From contig DHPR01000015.1 of the NCBI GenBank assembly GCA_002410925.1, positions 51,734 through 71,733 of the forward strand: a DNA stretch of 20,000 nucleotides. The letters are read 5' to 3'. The translations under genes were made by a program, and so were the position numbers. The stretch is from a bacterium UBP13_UBA5359. Its GTDB lineage: Bacteria > UBP13 > UBA5359. The notes below the pieces were generated by a model. The model was given only the letters and a program-made list of their open reading frames with translations. It ran no database searches and had not been told where the DNA came from. Every line of letters starts with the position of its first letter. Within the stretch, counting starts at the first letter, position 1. Of this stretch, positions 16,636-20,000 are shown in pieces.

Positions 16636-17847
16636 ATGCGTCTTTGCAAGATAATGATTGTTGCAGTTTTTCTACTGGTGGGATGGGGAGAGGCTATCGG
16701 GATGGCGGCTACCCATATCGATAAAGCCAGGGAGTATGCCGCCTGCGGCTTGCTGGATAAAGCTGTGAGCGAGTATCGTGCTGCTCTGCAGGAGAATCCT
16801 GCAGATGAATCTCTCTGTTCGGAAATGTCCGATTTGGAATACAGGCTGCTGAAAAGCAGGCTGCCTATTGATAACAATCTGCGGCCTGCTAACGCCACAT
16901 CGGGATTTAAAGATTACAGAGGTGCCTTTGCGGAGTGGTCCGGCAGGGTAAGGTGCCTGCTTCAATCCGAACCGCAGCTAATCTATCAGGTGGATATCGA
17001 AGGTCTTACCATCAATCTGGCTTCAGCATTGAATTACGAAGAGCTATCCCCCGGCAGAGCCGTCACAGTTATCGTTAAGATTCCCTATTCATCTGATAAA
17101 ATTACGCCGGAGGTTGTGGCTGTGACGGCACAGGCACCGGCGAGAATAATTCCGGTTGTGGATGATATGGGTGCACTTCGGCTTCATGCTATGCGGGAGG
17201 ATTATGAGGAATATAAGCCTCAGGAGGTTATTCCCGCTAATGATCCGCCGGTAAAACGGGTAACTGCCGCCAGTCGCCAATCAATGAAAAGGGTGGAAAC
17301 CGTTCCAGGGAGGTCATCTGCTTTAGGCAGCAAACATAACAATCCACCAAGCGGCGAACAAGGCAGAAGTGAAGACTTTTATATAAAAGCCTATGCAGCA
17401 GCAGTTAAGCGTTTCAACACACGTCTTTCTAAGAAGGATGCGGAAAAGATAGCTGCTGATGTCCTTCGTCATTCTGCACAATACAATATTGACCCGCGTC
17501 TCATCATGGCGGTACTGGCTGTAGAATCAAGCTTCAATCCAACGGCGACCTCCTCTGCAGGCGCAGCCGGATTGGGGCAGCTGATGCCTGCCACGGCGGC
17601 GGGAATAGGTATTACCGATAGATACGATCCGTCTCAGAGCATTTGGGGAGCAGTCAGAATTCTTAAAGGACACATGGATAAATGGAGCGAAAAGGGCAAG
17701 GATCTTCAGCATGCGCTGGCACTGGCTTGCTATAATGCCGGCCCCGGAGCGGTAAATAAATATGGAGGAATACCTCCTTATAGAGAGACACAAAATTATA
17801 TCCGAAAGGTTATGTCTCTTTACAATCTCTTTTGTGGAGCACGTTGA
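16636..17847 (+). CDS. Exported lytic transglycosylase (C-terminal SLT/GH23 domain) with signal peptide and TPR-like N-terminal helices
   Basis: Signal-like N-terminus. TPR-like KAREYAACGLLDKAVSEYRAALQENPAD. SLT motifs IDPRLIMAVLAVESSF (catalytic Glu), GLGQLMP, ACYNAGPGAV, PPYRETQNYI. Start is ATG 16636 or TTG 16633. Confidence 0.88.
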   Translation: MRLCKIMIVAVFLLVGWGEAIGMAATHIDKAREYAACGLLDKAVSEYRAALQENPADESLCSEMSDLEYRLLKSRLPIDNNLRPANATSGFKDYRGAFAEWSGRVRCLLQSEPQLIYQVDIEGLTINLASALNYEELSPGRAVTVIVKIPYSSDKITPEVVAVTAQAPARIIPVVDDMGALRLHAMREDYEEYKPQEVIPANDPPVKRVTAASRQSMKRVETVPGRSSALGSKHNNPPSGEQGRSEDFYIKAYAAAVKRFNTRLSKKDAEKIAADVLRHSAQYNIDPRLIMAVLAVESSFNPTATSSAGAAGLGQLMPATAAGIGITDRYDPSQSIWGAVRILKGHMDKWSEKGKDLQHALALACYNAGPGAVNKYGGIPPYRETQNYIRKVMSLYNLFCGAR

Positions 17848-17861
17848 GGCAATTCGCAGAG

Positions 17862-17890
17862 TATACAAAACATGGTGTATATGGTAAAAT
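17862..17890 (+). promoter_or_regulatory. Candidate SigA-type promoter for sigH
   Basis: TATACA (17862-17867), 17-bp spacer, extended -10 TGgTAAAAT (17882-17890). Confidence 0.5.
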
Positions 17891-18027
17891 AGTTACCGGT
17901 GTTTGGCCGCAGAAACCATTGCTAAATCAGCATTATAGCGATGGAGCAGCCGCTAAGAGGTTTTTATTGCTTTGCGGTGGTTTTGTATAGTCAGGCGCTT
18001 TGCCTGACAGGAATGAGGAGTATAGTC

Positions 18028-18687
18028 ATGTGTCCTGTACCGGTTATTTTGCGTGATCTGGAGAAGAAAAGATATAAGCATATGACCGATATGGAGATTG
18101 CTACTGCTGCCCAAAACGGTGATTCCAAGGCTGTGGAGTATCTGCTTAGCAAATATAGAAATCTGGTGCGCATGAGAGTTAAGTCCTATTTCCTCCTTGG
18201 CGCAGAGCGTGAGGATATCGTCCAGGAAGGCATGATAGGGCTGTATAAGGCTATTCGCGATTACAGAGGCGATAAGCTGACATCATTCAGATCATTTGCA
18301 GATTTATGCATTACCCGCCAGGTAATAACGGCCATCAAGACGGCTACGCGTCAGAAGAATATTCCGCTTAATTCGGCTATGTCGCTTGATAAACCTGTAT
18401 TTGATGATGAATCCAATCGCACATTAGCAGATCTTTACCTTACTGAAACGGTTTGCAATCCTGAAGAGAAGTATGTTAATGATGAAGTTATGGCGCAGGT
18501 AAAACAGAAGCTCAAAGAGGCTTTGAGCGAGCTGGAGTGGAAGGTTTTGCTCTCCTATCTCGAAGGGAAGTCTTATCGTGAAATGGCGGAAGAGCTCAAC
18601 CAAGGTGTTAAATCCGTTGATAATGCGCTTTTCAGAATAAAGCGCAAGGTAGCCAACAAGCTCTGCATCAATTTAAATACTAAGTAA
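18028..18687 (+). CDS. sigH: RNA polymerase sigma-H factor (Spo0H/SigH family)
   Basis: YFLLGAEREDIVQEGMIGLYKAIRDY, SFRSFADLCITRQVITAIKTATRQKNIPLNS, LSELEWKVL..YLEGKSY.EMA, KSVDNAL.RIKRK. Start placed at ATG 18028 (RBS GAGGAG at 18015-18020) rather than 17941. Confidence 0.94.
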   Translation: MCPVPVILRDLEKKRYKHMTDMEIATAAQNGDSKAVEYLLSKYRNLVRMRVKSYFLLGAEREDIVQEGMIGLYKAIRDYRGDKLTSFRSFADLCITRQVITAIKTATRQKNIPLNSAMSLDKPVFDDESNRTLADLYLTETVCNPEEKYVNDEVMAQVKQKLKEALSELEWKVLLSYLEGKSYREMAEELNQGVKSVDNALFRIKRKVANKLCINLNTK

Positions 18688-18743
18688 ATCGGATAAAATA
18701 AAGAGCTATATAATATCTGATAACAGGGAGGGAGGTGAGATAT

Positions 18744-20000
18744 TTGAAAAGAGTATGCAAACGCGAATTGGCAATCCTTATAATGGCTTCTGTTTTTCTG
18801 TTTGCTGCAGGCAGTATTATTGGGCTAACGGCCGTCAAAGCAGGTGATACGCCGATCTCACTTTACATCGTTTCTCCGAAGAACGGCGCAACCGTTGCAG
18901 GAGATACGACCCTGGTGAAAGTGGCTTATAATTGTCAGCTGCAGCCTATCGTTTCTCTTGAATTGTATGTGGATGACAGGTTCTATGATATATATCAGCT
19001 GCTGAGGCCGGGAATGCAGGGAGAGTATGAGTTCAGATGGAATACTCTCTCCTGTTCACAGGGCGTTCATAAATTACGTATCAATGCGTATGATGCCGGC
19101 GGTAATGTTGCCGTAACGGAGATAAAAGTGAATGTCGGCGCAGGAACCGCCGTTCCTCCTCCTGATTCCGAAAAGAGGTCCTCCTCATCGGAAGATATAG
19201 ATGAGGATAGCGATAGGCCGGGCGAGGATTCATCAGCAGCTCCGGCTACGCCCGCAGAGACAGAGCCCATGGTAAAGATAATCGAGCCTCGTGCAGATTC
19301 ACGCGTGACCGGCATGGTTGAGGTTGTTGTTTCCATCAGTGACATGGATGATTTTAAATATATGATCTTCTATGTTGACGGCAAGCTTAAGAAAATAAGC
19401 AACGTCGCTCCTTTCAGATATGAATGGAATTCGGACAGGGAGATGCCCGGCCGGCATAAGCTATCTGTCAGGGCGTATACTGAAGCCGGAACTGTGATAA
19501 CCGGCGATTGCCAGATATGGGTAAGAGCTGAACCGCCGGTTGCTCAGGCCGACATCAAGCCGGCGGCCGAAACCCTGACCTCAAACGTAAACGGACCGGA
19601 AACAAATATTCCGCAGGTGAGAGGTGCTGAAGTATCTGCCGCAAAGCCTGAAGCCGCTGATGCTCCCAAAGCATCGATTGATGTCGTCAATTCAGCCGTC
19701 AATACGGACGGCGATGCTAAGATAGCATTCAGTATGACGAATAACCGAATATCCAATCCGCTGTTGCCGGGGCTGAAATCACCAACAATCGGTGCCGCAT
19801 CAGCCGCCGTAGCTCAGGCGCCCGCTGCGGAAGCCCGCTTCAAGGATGCGATAAGAGAATCATATGCCGCAAGAGTTGATGCCAAAAACCTGGCTGTTGA
19901 AATGGATTACAGCTCTGTTTCCGAAGTGCAGCCCTCGGCTCCATCTCTGCCATCAAGAGGCATGCCGCAGGTAACAGTGCCGGCAGCGACTGCTCGGAAG
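18744..20000 (+). CDS. Secreted protein with two bacterial Ig-like (Big_7-type) domains and low-complexity linkers; 3' end lies beyond the window
   Basis: Not in the ORF track because it has no stop codon. Strong RBS GGAGGTGA (18731-18738), TTG at 18744, open for 419 codons to the window end. Signal peptide (KRVCKRELAILIMASVFLFAAGSIIGLTAVKA). Repeat 1: IVSPKNGATVAG...LELYVDD...FRWNTLSCSQGVHKLRINAYDAGGN. Repeat 2: IIEPRADSRVTG...FYVDGK...PFRYEWNSDREMPGRHKLSVRAY. Confidence 0.85.
   Translation, partial: MKRVCKRELAILIMASVFLFAAGSIIGLTAVKAGDTPISLYIVSPKNGATVAGDTTLVKVAYNCQLQPIVSLELYVDDRFYDIYQLLRPGMQGEYEFRWNTLSCSQGVHKLRINAYDAGGNVAVTEIKVNVGAGTAVPPPDSEKRSSSSEDIDEDSDRPGEDSSAAPATPAETEPMVKIIEPRADSRVTGMVEVVVSISDMDDFKYMIFYVDGKLKKISNVAPFRYEWNSDREMPGRHKLSVRAYTEAGTVITGDCQIWVRAEPPVAQADIKPAAETLTSNVNGPETNIPQVRGAEVSAAKPEAADAPKASIDVVNSAVNTDGDAKIAFSMTNNRISNPLLPGLKSPTIGAASAAVAQAPAAEARFKDAIRESYAARVDAKNLAVEMDYSSVSEVQPSAPSLPSRGMPQVTVPAATARK

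Noticed and set aside
17936..17960. Fluoride or c-di-GMP-I riboswitch in the sigH leader (GCGATGGAG; AAACCATT)
   Set aside because: Only short word matches. The fluoride pseudoknot partner (TAATGACTCC-like) and the GEMM GNRA loop and GACGCAAA elements are missing.
1..20000. CRISPR array, IS/transposon, prophage or anti-phage defence system
   Set aside because: No regularly spaced repeats and no transposase, integrase, nuclease or phage-like ORFs. All long ORFs are accounted for by housekeeping or envelope functions.

Overview
A mostly core-genome, housekeeping window from a bacterium with Firmicutes-like (Terrabacteria-type) gene content; the lineage cannot be fixed from this sequence alone. 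Every supported gene is on the + strand. In order: 3' part of argH; a Mef(A)-like MFS exporter; cdaA-glmM-acpS-nnr-CBS protein; tRNA-Met(CAT) behind a perfect TTGACA-17-TATAAT promoter; hom-thrC-ApgM-like enzyme (no thrB)-tilS; ftsH with a strong terminator; a stand-alone glutamate formiminotransferase; TrpB2; an SLT lytic transglycosylase; SigH; and a secreted tandem Ig-like protein that runs off the end and is absent from the ORF track. I found no transposase, integrase, phage, CRISPR or defence genes, and nothing that is clearly a new multi-gene system. The best leads are: an AP-superfamily phosphotransferase in the thrB slot; a tRNA-Met plus weak terminator acting as the hom leader; cdaA without cdaR but apparently co-transcribed with a CBS-pair protein; a highly base-paired sigH leader; a SigH-type promoter before trpB2; and possible gene remnants flanking the MFS gene. 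Family assignments come from motif recognition, not database searches.
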